From NCBI GenBank assembly GCA_016206085.1, contig JACQSF010000022.1, positions 3,191 to 67,190 on the forward strand: a stretch of 64,000 bases of DNA. Reading direction: 5' to 3'. The notes below the pieces were generated by a model that was not told where the DNA came from, made no database searches, and saw nothing but the letters and a program-made list of their open reading frames with translations. The first letter of the stretch is position 1. Each line of letters opens with the position of its first letter. This stretch comes from Candidatus Uhrbacteria bacterium (GTDB taxonomy: Bacteria; Patescibacteriota; Patescibacteriia; UBA9934; GWF2-40-263). Shown here piece by piece: positions 1 through 10,699 of the stretch. The translations under genes were made by a program, and so were the position numbers.

Positions 1-1410
1 AGCCCATCCAACCTCTTGCAACATGTTTTGAATCGCTTCATCGGTGCTGAATAAAAGCAACTGCTTTTGCGCAAGCGCCTGTAAAGTCACTTCCAAAACC
101 GAAGACCAACTCGCGCTGGGAAGTGCATACAGCCGAGTTTTCACCTCGTTCACAAGGTCTGCCAAAATTTCTTTGCGCTGGGCTTCCGGCACGCCCGAGG
201 CTGCATATCCATACTGAACCTGGTACTCAAGCAAGTCAGCCACATTCTCCGCGGTAAACGTCTGTCCGCCAACAGTGATAGGACCTGTAATGGCAAGCAG
301 ATCCGAGGCGTATGTTGGGGTGAAACCGATAAGATGATCTACCTGCTTCGTCGCAGGAACCTCGAATCCTTCATCTAAAAACCCAACCTCCTCGAGAAAT
401 AGCTCAATCGCCTGCGCAGATGAAACCGCGAAATCAGCAGACCAGTTGCTGTCACGAAAAAACCAATGCGTTGTGGCGTTGTACCGGCTCAGAGGCTCAG
501 GAGCTTCACGAGTGATAGCGTCTTCTACTGCACGATCAAGCGCATACACGTCTGCTGTTTCAAGGTGGGCAATATCGCCTCCTGACATTTCCAACACACC
601 ATAGGAACCGATAAATCCTCCGCCAGGACGCAACTCATTACTGTTCATGAACAACAAAAGAATCGAGGAAGACTCTTCAAGACCTGCAAACCCAGGCAGC
701 AATCGTGCAACAATAGAAAGCAACTGAAGAGGTTCTTGGGCAACCTGCAAATCCTCCATCAGCGGATCAAGGACCGCGAGTAAAGGTTCTAATTGGACAG
801 ACGCTGAAAGCAGCGACATCTCCTCCTCCAAAATGGCGAGCTCGACCAAAAAAAGATCTAATTCATCTGCACTGGCAGAAAGCCGTTGCAATACCGCCCG
901 TTTTGTTTCTGTCGAGAGGTCATCAAATGTCACTTCTGGAGAAACGCCTTCCTCCACCTCGCGAAGATATTCCTCACTGAGTCCTGCAAGGCGCATGAGA
1001 TCGCTCCCTAACTCGATGACTGGATCAAACGCTTCAAGAAGCGCTTCGCTTGCCGTTATCACATCGGCAAAGGTATCAACATGGATGCCTGCTAATGGGA
1101 GCCAAGAGGCGGACCGAATAAACGGAAGAACAGAACGAGCAGAGTCAAGTGATGCCTGTGCTGCTTGCGTCTCTTCCTTGGCCTCGCCAAATGAAAAACG
1201 ACCTACCGCCTCTCGGATCCCCACCATGGAATCCCGGGCCTCAAAAAGTTGGGTCGTAACATACACGCTTGCCGTAATGAAACTCACCACCCAAAGTGCA
1301 AGCAGAACAAAAAAGAACAAAAAAAGTGTTCGAACGATCCGCGTTCGCGACCTGCGAGCCTGTTCCTGTGAAGGCTCTGTGTCTTGAAGAAACTCTTGGT
1401 GGTGTGTCAT
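1..1410 (-). CDS. DUF4012 domain membrane-anchored protein (3' end runs off the window)
   Basis: Manually translated, not in the ORF track. ATG at 1410 follows an AGGAGG Shine-Dalgarno. It has an N-terminal TM helix and the motifs FMNSNELRPGGGFIGSYG and FRDSNWSADF typical of DUF4012, and stays open to position 1. Confidence 0.8.
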   Translation of the reverse strand, partial: MTHHQEFLQDTEPSQEQARRSRTRIVRTLFLFFFVLLALWVVSFITASVYVTTQLFEARDSMVGIREAVGRFSFGEAKEETQAAQASLDSARSVLPFIRSASWLPLAGIHVDTFADVITASEALLEAFDPVIELGSDLMRLAGLSEEYLREVEEGVSPEVTFDDLSTETKRAVLQRLSASADELDLFLVELAILEEEMSLLSASVQLEPLLAVLDPLMEDLQVAQEPLQLLSIVARLLPGFAGLEESSSILLLFMNSNELRPGGGFIGSYGVLEMSGGDIAHLETADVYALDRAVEDAITREAPEPLSRYNATTHWFFRDSNWSADFAVSSAQAIELFLEEVGFLDEGFEVPATKQVDHLIGFTPTYASDLLAITGPITVGGQTFTAENVADLLEYQVQYGYAASGVPEAQRKEILADLVNEVKTRLYALPSASWSSVLEVTLQALAQKQLLLFSTDEAIQNMLQEVGWA

Positions 1411-1460
1411 GTCCTCCTCTCTTACTTCTTAGGCCAGTATATCGTACCTTGAGACATCCA

Positions 1461-2513
1461 TCACGCAAACCACTTACGAATTTCCTTCGCTGGACGCTTC
1501 GCACGTTTCATCGTTGCCCGACGTTTTCGCCACATGCGCGGTACCAGAGTAAAGACCTCGCGAGTCGCTCTCCAACCAGAACGCTCAAACACAAGGATGT
1601 ATCCGAGCCGTCCCACTTCATACGTCATGATCCAAGGAACACTCAAAAGAAAATTGACGAGCTTCAAATTTTTGATGAGCATCAACCAATGATTTCGTGT
1701 GGAAAAAAAATTCCGCAACGAAGACTTCTCACGGTGGTTACGCATCCGTTTCCACAGCCCACTTTTCTCCGGCCCATACATGCCCCGATAATGATAGGCC
1801 ACGGCCCGAGGAACATAAAGCGAATCCCAACCTGCGTGCTGAAGACGCCAAGCAAGATCCACATCTTCTTTATACGCAAAAAAATCGTGGTCGAGAATCT
1901 CATCGCCAAACCGCACATCTTCGAGCGCTTTGGCACGATAGAGCACAAGTGCGCCAGAGATACCAAAAACCTTTTCTTGTTTTTCGTACTGACCTTCATC
2001 AAGCTCTCCAGCACCACGATCCGTGACCGTTCGATTACGATGCGGATTCAGGCCAACGGAGTCAATACGATCCGAACGAATAACCTCCTTAAGGACTTCA
2101 TCGCCCAAATTCTCTCCAAAGGCGCGCAGAAGTTTGCCTCCAAAACTCCCAACTTCTGGATGCGATGCGATCGCATGAACTAACTCCTCAAGAAAGGTCG
2201 GCGTAAGGAGTACATCGGGATTGATTATTAAAATGAAACGATCGGCTAGTTCTGTTTCTGGCCAGTGCTCAATCGCATACCGAATACCTTGATTATGCGC
2301 TGCTGAAAATCCGAGGTTTCGCGCATTGCGAATAAAGCCAACTTCGGAATACTGTTCTTTGAGAAATTGTTCGACTCCATCGGATGAGGCGTTATCGATA
2401 ATCAGAACGTTGAAATCCCGGATAGTCTGATCCATAATGGATTTCAACAAATCCGGCAAAAATCGCATCGAGTTCCAGCTCACAATGTGCACGCTTAATT
2501 TCGGATACGCCAT
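1461..2513 (-). CDS. Glycosyltransferase family 2
   Basis: Motifs IVSWNS, IIDNASSDG, NLGFSAAHNQG, INPD, FFAYKEDVDLAWR. Confidence 0.9.
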   Translation of the reverse strand: MAYPKLSVHIVSWNSMRFLPDLLKSIMDQTIRDFNVLIIDNASSDGVEQFLKEQYSEVGFIRNARNLGFSAAHNQGIRYAIEHWPETELADRFILIINPDVLLTPTFLEELVHAIASHPEVGSFGGKLLRAFGENLGDEVLKEVIRSDRIDSVGLNPHRNRTVTDRGAGELDEGQYEKQEKVFGISGALVLYRAKALEDVRFGDEILDHDFFAYKEDVDLAWRLQHAGWDSLYVPRAVAYHYRGMYGPEKSGLWKRMRNHREKSSLRNFFSTRNHWLMLIKNLKLVNFLLSVPWIMTYEVGRLGYILVFERSGWRATREVFTLVPRMWRKRRATMKRAKRPAKEIRKWFA

Positions 2514-2541
2514 ATGTGCTCCCTATGGTAGATCAAGATAA

Positions 2542-4020
2542 TTACCTCGTCTTTTTTGTAACCTTAAATCCAAGATAGTTTCCTATCATAAGTCTAGTCT
2601 GTGCGTCGATGGCTGGGAAGGAACCAAAGAGAATAAACGTCACGGGAAGTAGAATCCACTGAAGACCCATAGTAATCCAAGTATGTCTGCGGACTTCTTG
2701 CGGACGTGAAGGCAATAATGTGAGCGACATCACGGCGGAAATCAAGATACCGATCATGGCAAACTGCATCAGCTGCTCAAGAGTAAATGGAGCTGCTTGG
2801 ATAAGCGCATTGGTCTGACCCTTCGCAACCCATAATGGTAACCAACCAAGCACAAACATAATGATCGGCGCGGTCGCCCACGTGAACATCCCCTCAATAT
2901 GATTGAACACATATTGTGCCTTCTTGCGCCAAGGAATCTGCGAATCATGTTTGAATCCATCAATGATGAATGGAAGATGTTCCACTCCCCATGCCCATCG
3001 ACGCATCTGTACGTACAAAGCCTTCATTGAATCGAGGTAGTTTGCCCCTGTTACCGCATCCATAGAAACCGGCAAAAACATCGGTGTCACTCGATAGTCC
3101 CCGTGGTAGTGCAGATAGGCCTGCATGAAGATACGCGAATCCTCACTGACGATGTCTTTCTGCCAGAACCCCACGTCTTTGAGCATCTTCCACGGCATGG
3201 AGTGTGACGAGAATGTCCAAAGTCGTTCTGACCGCGTAAGCTCGCCAAAAAGCCAGAAGGTTGTTCCGAATGCTCCAATGCGCACGGGAGCGTTTGCCGA
3301 CCAAATATTGTTCGAGAACATGGCGATCGGTTGATACGAAGAACGAGTGGGATCCTCGACCGTGCAATACAAATAGGTGAGATACGAAAAATACTGAGGA
3401 TGTGCCACCGTATCAATATCAAACGCAGAAACCACCATCTCTTCATCTTTTACTTCTGGGAAACGCTCCCTAAGCCGACGCTCGAGTTCGTGTCCCATCC
3501 AGTGAAGGTTTGATCCCTTGCCAGGAATTTCGTCAGGTAACCCTTTGGGATGAAGGGTTGTTCCAAAGTAGGCAAAGACGGATCCAAACTCTTGTTGCGC
3601 TCGATGAGCCATTTTCTCAAATGCCTCTTTGTCTGCCTCTTCCCCTCCCAGCACAACAAAGAACCGGTTATTCGGCATCGTGTTATCCCTGAGCGAACGC
3701 AAGGTCGAACGAATGATCTCATAGCTCTCTTTGTAGGTGGGGAGCAAAACCAGATGACGAATACGCTCTGAACCAGGCACAGAAGCAAGCATCTTTTGCC
3801 AATCTGTTTTTCTTGCACGACGATAGCGACTCCAGGAAATGACAACAAACACGTTGAAGTAGAGAACTCGGAACAACCACAGCAAATCAAAAACGATGAT
3901 GAAAACGATCACCCACAGCGGCTGTAAAAAACTCAAGGCAAGGGCAAGAGAAAAAGTTCCCCAAACCAAGAGGCCGGGGAACATTTCCCAAAATCGTGAC
4001 TGACCGTAGTGATAGGACAT
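2542..4020 (-). CDS. Membrane-embedded GT2-family glycosyltransferase
   Basis: TM helices at both ends; LPTYKE, GKGSN, DxD (DID), SED and QMRRW (QxxRW) processive GT2 motifs. Confidence 0.8.
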   Translation of the reverse strand: MSYHYGQSRFWEMFPGLLVWGTFSLALALSFLQPLWVIVFIIVFDLLWLFRVLYFNVFVVISWSRYRRARKTDWQKMLASVPGSERIRHLVLLPTYKESYEIIRSTLRSLRDNTMPNNRFFVVLGGEEADKEAFEKMAHRAQQEFGSVFAYFGTTLHPKGLPDEIPGKGSNLHWMGHELERRLRERFPEVKDEEMVVSAFDIDTVAHPQYFSYLTYLYCTVEDPTRSSYQPIAMFSNNIWSANAPVRIGAFGTTFWLFGELTRSERLWTFSSHSMPWKMLKDVGFWQKDIVSEDSRIFMQAYLHYHGDYRVTPMFLPVSMDAVTGANYLDSMKALYVQMRRWAWGVEHLPFIIDGFKHDSQIPWRKKAQYVFNHIEGMFTWATAPIIMFVLGWLPLWVAKGQTNALIQAAPFTLEQLMQFAMIGILISAVMSLTLLPSRPQEVRRHTWITMGLQWILLPVTFILFGSFPAIDAQTRLMIGNYLGFKVTKKTR

Positions 4021-4700
4021 TACTTCTCGGATGAAATATCTTTCTTCAAGCGGTTGAGAAACTGATGGGCGTGTTCCTTTCCGCCAAGCCCGAAGGCAAG
4101 TCCGCCAGCCAGAGCCAACATCGCCACAAGACCCGTAAACAAAACACGAATGAGCTCAGGAGCGATTTGGAGCTGCACAAGGGCGGCCATGAGGGTAAAA
4201 ACAAGAATCGCCCACTTCGCAACACCGGACAAAAATTCAGCCGAGGCAAGCTGTGCTGCTTCCACGGCAGACTTCACAACATTTTGGACAAAATTCCCAA
4301 GCAATATGCCAGCCAAGAGAATAATAACCGCAATGATCACGTTTGGTATGAACAGAACCACCTGAGCAAGGTAGTCCGTGACCTGATCCCATCCTAAAAT
4401 ATCCGTCGCGGCAATGAGGGCAATAATGATAAAAAACCACTTCACGATCCAACCTAACAGCGCTCCGATATGGAGCCGCAACCCCGCGCGTTCAAACTGG
4501 GCAGTAATCTCTAACCGCTTTGCCAGATCGTCAATGCGCAGAAGTCCGATGATTTGCACAACGAGTCGACGCAACACAACCGCGACAATCACGCCGATCA
4601 AAAAAACAATGATCGCTCCAAGAAGGTTTGGAAGATACGCCATAACCGTCTCCCAGAGTTCCAGAAGTGGACCTTGAAGTACGTCTTGTGTAAACGCCAT
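4020..4700 (-). CDS. TM-helix-repeat membrane protein (CmpX / small mechanosensitive channel TM region-like)
   Basis: Repeated YLPNLLGAII / FIPNVIIAVI helices and C-terminal GLAFGLGGKE. Confidence 0.75.
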   Translation of the reverse strand: MAFTQDVLQGPLLELWETVMAYLPNLLGAIIVFLIGVIVAVVLRRLVVQIIGLLRIDDLAKRLEITAQFERAGLRLHIGALLGWIVKWFFIIIALIAATDILGWDQVTDYLAQVVLFIPNVIIAVIILLAGILLGNFVQNVVKSAVEAAQLASAEFLSGVAKWAILVFTLMAALVQLQIAPELIRVLFTGLVAMLALAGGLAFGLGGKEHAHQFLNRLKKDISSEK

Positions 4701-4750
4701 AAAGATATTTTTTTACAATGATACCTATACATTAACATTTTGAGTGAATC

Positions 4751-5161
4751 CTAGTCACATCCGTTATCCCCACTGTTGATACGAGCTTTCGTAATTTCTG
4801 GCGGCCGGTCGTACGTTGGAGCGACATGAGTCGATCCCATTTCCGGCAAGCTCATAAGCAATTCCGTTAAAGAACGATGTGATGAATTTTCAACTCCCAT
4901 GATAGGAATATTCCTGCTAAAAGCAATCGCATTTGCTATGGTGGTGCTGACACGACTCGCCGTGAACGAACCCGGACCTGTGACAACCAGAATACTCTTT
5001 ATCTGTTCCAAAGATACAGACCATGCCTCTAACGTCTGATGAAGGTTCAAAAGATATCCCTCTGGGGAAGTTTCACTAGTGCGTTCCTGGATGAGTTTCC
5101 CACTCTGTGCAAGACCGATAGACAGCCAACCAATGTCTTGAGCCAAAAGAAGGAGCATCAT
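4751..5161 (-). CDS. tsaB: tRNA threonylcarbamoyladenosine biosynthesis protein TsaB (short form)
   Basis: VVTGPGSFTASR motif. Confidence 0.8.
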   Translation of the reverse strand: MMLLLLAQDIGWLSIGLAQSGKLIQERTSETSPEGYLLNLHQTLEAWSVSLEQIKSILVVTGPGSFTASRVSTTIANAIAFSRNIPIMGVENSSHRSLTELLMSLPEMGSTHVAPTYDRPPEITKARINSGDNGCD

Positions 5162-5769
5162 ACAAGACGATGGATCCGATCAATCATCACGACTTTTTCG
5201 CCATTGAGAATAGAAAAAAGAAACCGATCGGCGACTTGTCTACGATCAAGGAATTCATCCTTAGGCATGAGCGTATAGTTAATCTCATAAGGGATTTCCT
5301 CTTCAAATTTCGCGATCATTTTTTCCAAGTCCTCTTGTTTGATGGATCCTACAATGAGGATGTCCGTGGGAATATCTGTGGCATCAACGAATCTTCCCGT
5401 AAACGCAAGATAATCAATACGCCCTTTCTCTTGAATGTCTTGTACAAGATTTTGCTTCAAAAGAATTTGTACTTTTTGAAAAAGCGATCGGAGGTCAGCA
5501 AAGAGAATAAAATCCTGGTTCGTGCAGTAGTATTTTTTTTTGTCCGCCAGACGAGGTGAGGCTTTTTCCATTCCTTCTTTTTCCAACAGAAGTCCAAGCT
5601 GGACTAAATTTTTCAACTCTCGACGAACGGAATTGAGCTGGGCGTCAATCCGTCTGGTCAGCTCTCGAACAAAAAACAGGTCGTCTGGTTGCGAAAGAAA
5701 GAGCGCCATGAGCCTCGCCCGCGTCTTTGAACCAAACATCTGTTCGAGTTTAAAAGGTTTTTTCATCAT
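5158..5769 (-). CDS. Winged-helix DNA-binding protein with C-terminal nucleotidyltransferase-like domain
   Basis: FGSKTRARL...FVRELTR...NSVRRELKNL HTH; C-terminal GRF...TDILIVG; start taken at MMKKPF. Confidence 0.65.
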   Translation of the reverse strand: MMKKPFKLEQMFGSKTRARLMALFLSQPDDLFFVRELTRRIDAQLNSVRRELKNLVQLGLLLEKEGMEKASPRLADKKKYYCTNQDFILFADLRSLFQKVQILLKQNLVQDIQEKGRIDYLAFTGRFVDATDIPTDILIVGSIKQEDLEKMIAKFEEEIPYEINYTLMPKDEFLDRRQVADRFLFSILNGEKVVMIDRIHRLV

Positions 5770-5816
5770 AATGGCTTCATTTGCGCCTCCCGAACATCTA
5801 GGTATAATGTACACAA

Positions 5817-8048
5817 ATGCTAACTCCTGGGCAAATGGCTATGCACGCTGAGATCAAAGGGGCGACCTATGAACCCCAGACGCCCGATGAACACATCCGT
5901 GGGATCTCTCTGCTTCTTCCTGTCCAGGAGCGAGGAGGATTTGTCTTTCTTGTTGCGTACACAAAAAAGGAAACAGAGGACGCGGAAGTCCTCCTCCAAG
6001 TGCTCATGGAGCAAACAAGACGTCTTGCAGATTCATTTGGAAAAGAATCAAACCCACAGCATCGCTTTGAACAATTCCTTGGTGCGTTAAATGAGACGCT
6101 TGCGCAGTACGTTCGGGAAGGCCGTTGGCAAATTCCTATTGAACATCTCCACGCGTTGGTAGGAATCGTCTCAACAACGGAAATGTACCTCTCAGGAACG
6201 GGAGAATTGGGAGTATTATTTCTTCACAAGAAACCCTCGCAACGATACCAAATTTTCAATTTGTTCCGAGGCCTCCAGACAGAACAGTCCCTTCCCACAT
6301 GGGAAAAAACATTTGCCATCGTCTTGGACGGAGACCTTCACTCAGGAGATGTATTTTGCGTGAGCGACAAGGATCTCCAAAGAGCCATCCCACCAGACGA
6401 ACTCAATCACATTTTATCCTCCCTTCCGCCTGTTGGGGCAGTACAAAAAATCCGCCAATACTTTGCGCTCAAAGACAGCCTCTTGCTTACGATTTTAAAA
6501 GTAGCTGACGAGAGTGTCGTACAAACAACAGGGTTTCAATCCTCAGCAACACCCCAATCGAGCCTTTCGGTAGAAGCATTCAACTCAACAGAAGAACAAA
6601 CCGATCGTTTATTAGGCGACCAACGCCCCAAGCTCTCTCATCTGGTCAAAAAAGTACTCGCCTATGTACAACCAACGTCCAACAACCGCTCAAGAATACT
6701 GAAAGAACTAGACTCACAGGGAAGCTTCAGGGATCTTCTGCGTCGTAGTGCGCGATTCGGGCTGCGGATTACAAGTTTCCTGTTAAGACAAGGCAAAAAA
6801 ACGGTATCCAAGTGGTTCCAACTATTGAAAAATAAAGAGGGGCGAACTCGCGTTAAAACGCATCTTGAGCTAAAACAACGTCCATTCCAAGGGGGTTTCA
6901 CGTCCCTGTTTGGACGAATCCGAACAGCTCCAGCATCGACAAAATATCTCGTCGGCGGTGTTGTTGTCGCAGCCGTCGTTCTTGTGGTGGGTATTTCTAC
7001 CCTCTCAAAATCCCAAGCGCGGGCGGCAGAGGAAGAAACCTACCAAAGACAGCTTGCGTCGATCCAAGACCTAATGGAACGAGCGGCTGGAGCCGTGATT
7101 TACAAAGATGAAAACCAAGCGCGTAGTCTTTACGTAAACGCCCAAACGCTCATCGAATCACTTCCAAGTAACACCCCTGAACGAGAAGAACACGTCCAGG
7201 AACTCAAACATGATCTTCAAACCGCTCTCAACGAAATCCGCCACTTAGTGACAATTCCAAACCCACCTCTTTTAGCAGATCTTGAAACGCTTACGGATGG
7301 AGTATTTGGAAACGCTCTGATCTTGGCCTCAGGAAACCTCCTCGTCGCTGGATCTGATGGACGTGTCTACCAATACCATCGCCAAGAAAAACGCTTTGAC
7401 ACCATCGCCACAGCAACTAACACAAACTCTCCCATCGCCATGAGCCAAGAAGACGGGCGCACCTATTTGCTGAGTTCAGATGGAAATATCTCGAGCGTTT
7501 CTTTTGAAGATCAAACCCTGAACACCCTTTCGACCCAAGACAACCGTTGGATCGATCTGGTCGCCTACGCCAATCGTCTGTATCTGCTGCGACCAAGCAC
7601 AGAAACAACTGAAGGCCAAATCGTGCGATTCAACATCAGTGGTTCAACGCTTGATGGGGAAACAGATTGGATTACTTCTCGAACGGTTGCTCTGGATACC
7701 GCTGTCTCCTTTACCATTGATGGAAACGTCTACATTCTCATGCAGGATGGTTCGGTATCACGTTTTGCCAATGGAAGCGAGGAAGGATGGAACACAAGCA
7801 TGGTAGATCCACGCCTCACACAGGCTCGCAAAATCTGGACCAACGCAGAAAGTGCCTACTTGTATATTCTTGAACCTTCCACTCAACGTATTGTTGTTTT
7901 CCTCAAAGAGACAGGGGCATTCGTTGTTCAATATCGGTCTGATGCATTCCAAGGCCTGACAGACTTTGTGGTAGACGAATCTGGGTATACCATCTACGTC
8001 CTGGCTGGATCAAAATTGTATTCAATCGCTCCAAGTCACTTGGAATAA
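5817..8048 (+). CDS. Large single-pass membrane protein with degenerate PP2C-like N-terminus and probable C-terminal beta-propeller
   Basis: 743-aa ORF; GDLHSGDVFCVSD resembles PP2C strands; one TM; beta-rich repeats at the C-terminus. Confidence 0.5.
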   Translation: MLTPGQMAMHAEIKGATYEPQTPDEHIRGISLLLPVQERGGFVFLVAYTKKETEDAEVLLQVLMEQTRRLADSFGKESNPQHRFEQFLGALNETLAQYVREGRWQIPIEHLHALVGIVSTTEMYLSGTGELGVLFLHKKPSQRYQIFNLFRGLQTEQSLPTWEKTFAIVLDGDLHSGDVFCVSDKDLQRAIPPDELNHILSSLPPVGAVQKIRQYFALKDSLLLTILKVADESVVQTTGFQSSATPQSSLSVEAFNSTEEQTDRLLGDQRPKLSHLVKKVLAYVQPTSNNRSRILKELDSQGSFRDLLRRSARFGLRITSFLLRQGKKTVSKWFQLLKNKEGRTRVKTHLELKQRPFQGGFTSLFGRIRTAPASTKYLVGGVVVAAVVLVVGISTLSKSQARAAEEETYQRQLASIQDLMERAAGAVIYKDENQARSLYVNAQTLIESLPSNTPEREEHVQELKHDLQTALNEIRHLVTIPNPPLLADLETLTDGVFGNALILASGNLLVAGSDGRVYQYHRQEKRFDTIATATNTNSPIAMSQEDGRTYLLSSDGNISSVSFEDQTLNTLSTQDNRWIDLVAYANRLYLLRPSTETTEGQIVRFNISGSTLDGETDWITSRTVALDTAVSFTIDGNVYILMQDGSVSRFANGSEEGWNTSMVDPRLTQARKIWTNAESAYLYILEPSTQRIVVFLKETGAFVVQYRSDAFQGLTDFVVDESGYTIYVLAGSKLYSIAPSHLE

Positions 8049-8049
8049 T

Positions 8050-8421
8050 ATGAAAGCACATCACATCGTCCTTCTTGTCCTCGCCGTCGTCATTGTTGGT
8101 GGGTTCTTCCTCTGGCCACAAACAAACATCCAAATTCCCGTCGACGAACTCACCGGAACCTGGCGCGGGGAAGCCAGTCCTGAAGCGGAATATCAATGGT
8201 GGATGATCTATGAGTTTGAAAATGGCCACTATACACTCACCACCGATTCAAGCTATCAGGAGGAAGGGACCTACGAAATCACGGAACGTTTCCTGGATGG
8301 ATCCATTCTCGTAAAGAAAGTCTACGCCGACGGAGCAAAGGAATATGAAATGAATGTCCTTACCACGACGGACGATCCGGATGTCATCTCGATCGAAGGA
8401 ACAAAACTCTATCGTCAGTAA
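8050..8421 (+). CDS. Hypothetical exported protein (beta-barrel-like)
   Basis: N-terminal hydrophobic anchor, LTGTW motif, directly follows the previous gene. Confidence 0.55.
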   Translation: MKAHHIVLLVLAVVIVGGFFLWPQTNIQIPVDELTGTWRGEASPEAEYQWWMIYEFENGHYTLTTDSSYQEEGTYEITERFLDGSILVKKVYADGAKEYEMNVLTTTDDPDVISIEGTKLYRQ

Positions 8422-8459
8422 AACAAAAATCCCTTGAGAAACTCAGGGGATTTTTTGTT
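8422..8459. terminator. Bidirectional intrinsic terminator
   Basis: aacaaaaatcccttgag-aaa-ctcaggggattttttgtt hairpin between convergent genes. Confidence 0.75.
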
Positions 8460-8462
8460 AGG

Positions 8463-8867
8463 TTACTTGATGGTGACCTTGGCGCCAGCTTCTTCGAGCT
8501 GTTTCTTGATGTCTTCAGAGGTCGCCTTGTCGACTCCCTGTTTGACCATGCTTGGAGCACCGTCAACGAGATCTTTCGCTTCCTTGAGTCCAAGACCGGT
8601 GATGGTTCGAACCGCCTTGATGGCGTTGATCTTATTCTCGCCAGCAGCGGTGAGCTCGACATCAAAAGACGTCTTCTCTTCCTCAACGGCGGCTCCGGCG
8701 GCTGGGCCAGCGGCCATCATCATGGCTGGAGCGGCGGCGCTCACACCGAACTTGTCTTCGAGCACTTTCACGAGATCCGCGAGGTCGAGAACCGACATGG
8801 ACTCGATCGACGCGACGAGGCTCTTAAACTTCTCAGGAACCTCTACTGTTTTTGTTTCGTCTGACAT
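8463..8867 (-). CDS. rplL: 50S ribosomal protein L7/L12
   Basis: [31 protein letters not shown]. Confidence 0.98.
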   Translation of the reverse strand: MSDETKTVEVPEKFKSLVASIESMSVLDLADLVKVLEDKFGVSAAAPAMMMAAGPAAGAAVEEEKTSFDVELTAAGENKINAIKAVRTITGLGLKEAKDLVDGAPSMVKQGVDKATSEDIKKQLEEAGAKVTIK

Positions 8868-8873
8868 AAGAAT

Positions 8874-9392
8874 TTACTTCGTGGCTTTAATAGCATTGAG
8901 AACGTAGACCAATGAGCGGAGATTCCCAGCAAGGACATTGACGAATCCAGAGATGGGCGCGCCCAGAGAGCGAACCAGCATGGCAAGAAGTTGCTCGCGG
9001 CTTGGGAGTGTGGCGAGCTGTTTGATGGCGTCCGTGCCGACAAACTTCCCTTCCAGGATACCGCCGACGATTTGGATCGTCTCGCGTTCCTTGGCAAAAT
9101 CGGCCATGAGCTTGGCGGCCGCGACCTCATCATCGAAACCGATGGTGGTGAGGATGCTGCCTTCGAGCTCATCTGACGCAATGGTGAAGCCATTGCTCTG
9201 AAGGGCTCGGTTGAGGAGCGTCTTCTTGGCGATCATGACTTCCACACCGACTTCACGTCCTTTCTGACGGAGACTGTTGGCGTCATCCATGGTGTATCCC
9301 GAGATTCTCGTGAACACAACAGATTTCATCTTCCCAATCTTTTGGGCAAGCTCGTCAACGATCTCTCCTTTTTGTGCACGTGTTTTTGGCAT
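8874..9392 (-). CDS. rplJ: 50S ribosomal protein L10
   Basis: KKTL, LATLPSREQLLA; directly upstream of rplL. Confidence 0.97.
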   Translation of the reverse strand: MPKTRAQKGEIVDELAQKIGKMKSVVFTRISGYTMDDANSLRQKGREVGVEVMIAKKTLLNRALQSNGFTIASDELEGSILTTIGFDDEVAAAKLMADFAKERETIQIVGGILEGKFVGTDAIKQLATLPSREQLLAMLVRSLGAPISGFVNVLAGNLRSLVYVLNAIKATK

Positions 9393-9399
9393 AGGTGAG

Positions 9400-9535
9400 C
9401 GTTTAGTGAATGGTTCGACCTTTAAATAAATAAACTACGGACTTACGCCGTAGAACAAGGTCGAAAAAGTGAAACTTTTTCGTTGTTCACCTCGACGGGA
9501 CTTATGCCACAAGGGCAACCCGTTGTCTACGGTAA
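9400..9535 (-). promoter_or_regulatory. L10 ribosomal protein leader RNA
   Basis: Minus strand ACCGTAGACAACGGG-hairpin-TAAG-TCCCGTCGAGGT (9533-9489) resembles the L10-binding core; further hairpins lie before rplJ. Confidence 0.7.
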
Positions 9536-9609
9536 ATCTTCAGTTCGAGCCTTAGAATAACCACTCTGAGTTTTTCTGTCAAATCGAAATCGAGTTGACC
9601 TTGTAGTAT

Positions 9610-10320
9610 CTAACTTTTGATGACTGTTCCTGTGAATCGTTCCCCTTTAAGCAGGCCGTCGAGATTTTTCATGTTGGTTCCATTGAGAATGGCCACTTTG
9701 ATGCCGCTATGATGTGCGAGACGGGAAGCCACTGGATCAAACGGGACGTTCATGCCAGGATCCCACTCATTCCCCACCATCTTGCGAAATTCCTTCCAGG
9801 TGATGTCACAGATCGCCTCGGCGTCAGCATGTTTGTTTGGGTCTTTGTTGTACACGTAGTCGATGTTGGAGAGGTTCACGACAACATGACTCTTGAGACG
9901 CTTGGCCAACCGGGTTGCGACATAGTCGGTCGACCAGCCCGGCTTCCATCCAGCGGCAACGAGCACAGGCTTCGTCCAACGATGCAGCGGTCCTGTGGGA
10001 TCTTTCAGCATGATCGGATGGGCAACATCACGCAATATCGTGCGCATAAGATGACCGTTAAGACGGGTAGAATGAATTCCGAGCCAATCGAGGTCATCTC
10101 GTGTGAGTTTTCCTACTTTGCGCGCCGCCTCCTGATACTGCCTAGCCGTTCCTCCCCCACCCACCACGATCACGAACCGCCACCCGTTCTTGAGGTGCTT
10201 GGTAATGAGCGCTTTGAAGTCTTTAAGAAACTGATAATCGATTCCTCCATTTGGTACCACGAGCGAGCCGCCAACAGAGATAATGAGTGTCGTAGGTGTG
10301 AGCGAGTTGGAGTGATCCAT
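9610..10320 (-). CDS. pyrH: UMP kinase (archaeal-type)
   Basis: ISVGGS, VVGGGGTAR, DWLGIHSTRLN, PGWSTD, PFDPVA. Confidence 0.9.
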   Translation of the reverse strand: MDHSNSLTPTTLIISVGGSLVVPNGGIDYQFLKDFKALITKHLKNGWRFVIVVGGGGTARQYQEAARKVGKLTRDDLDWLGIHSTRLNGHLMRTILRDVAHPIMLKDPTGPLHRWTKPVLVAAGWKPGWSTDYVATRLAKRLKSHVVVNLSNIDYVYNKDPNKHADAEAICDITWKEFRKMVGNEWDPGMNVPFDPVASRLAHHSGIKVAILNGTNMKNLDGLLKGERFTGTVIKS

Positions 10321-10342
10321 ATGAAAAGACGCCTCGTGGCGT

Positions 10343-10696
10343 CTAGGATTCTTTTGATTGTTTAATAAGCCAGCTGGTTCCAAGCGAGATGACCCAGAGC
10401 AGGAGCGCGGCTAAGAGCGCTGGAACGAATCCTTCAACCGTAAAGCCTTTCACGATGGTGGAGACCAGAAGAATCATGAACGCATTGAGGACGAACGTGA
10501 AGAGACCGAGTGTCAGGATAGTAACCGGGAGAGTGAGGATGAAAAGAAGCGGACGGATGAGTGCATTTACAAGCCCCAAAACAAGCGCGGCGATAAGGGC
10601 TGTGTAGAACGTCTCCACGCCGAACCCTGGGACGATGTTGGCAACCAAGAGGAGTGCCACAGCATTGATCACCCACCGAAAAAGAAGATAGGCCAT
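10343..10696 (-). CDS. Four-TM membrane protein (YvlD/DUF360 holin-like family)
   Basis: LGLVNALIRP, LTLPVTILTLGLF. Confidence 0.85.
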   Translation of the reverse strand: MAYLLFRWVINAVALLLVANIVPGFGVETFYTALIAALVLGLVNALIRPLLFILTLPVTILTLGLFTFVLNAFMILLVSTIVKGFTVEGFVPALLAALLLWVISLGTSWLIKQSKES

Positions 10697-10699
10697 AGA

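Noticed and set aside
833..2183. Plus-strand ORFs 833-1387 and 1296-2183
   Set aside because: Antisense to the DUF4012 and GT2 genes, which have clear motifs.
10343..10696. Holin-family gene as a prophage marker
   Set aside because: This family is common on chromosomes, and no phage structural, lysis or integrase genes are in the window.
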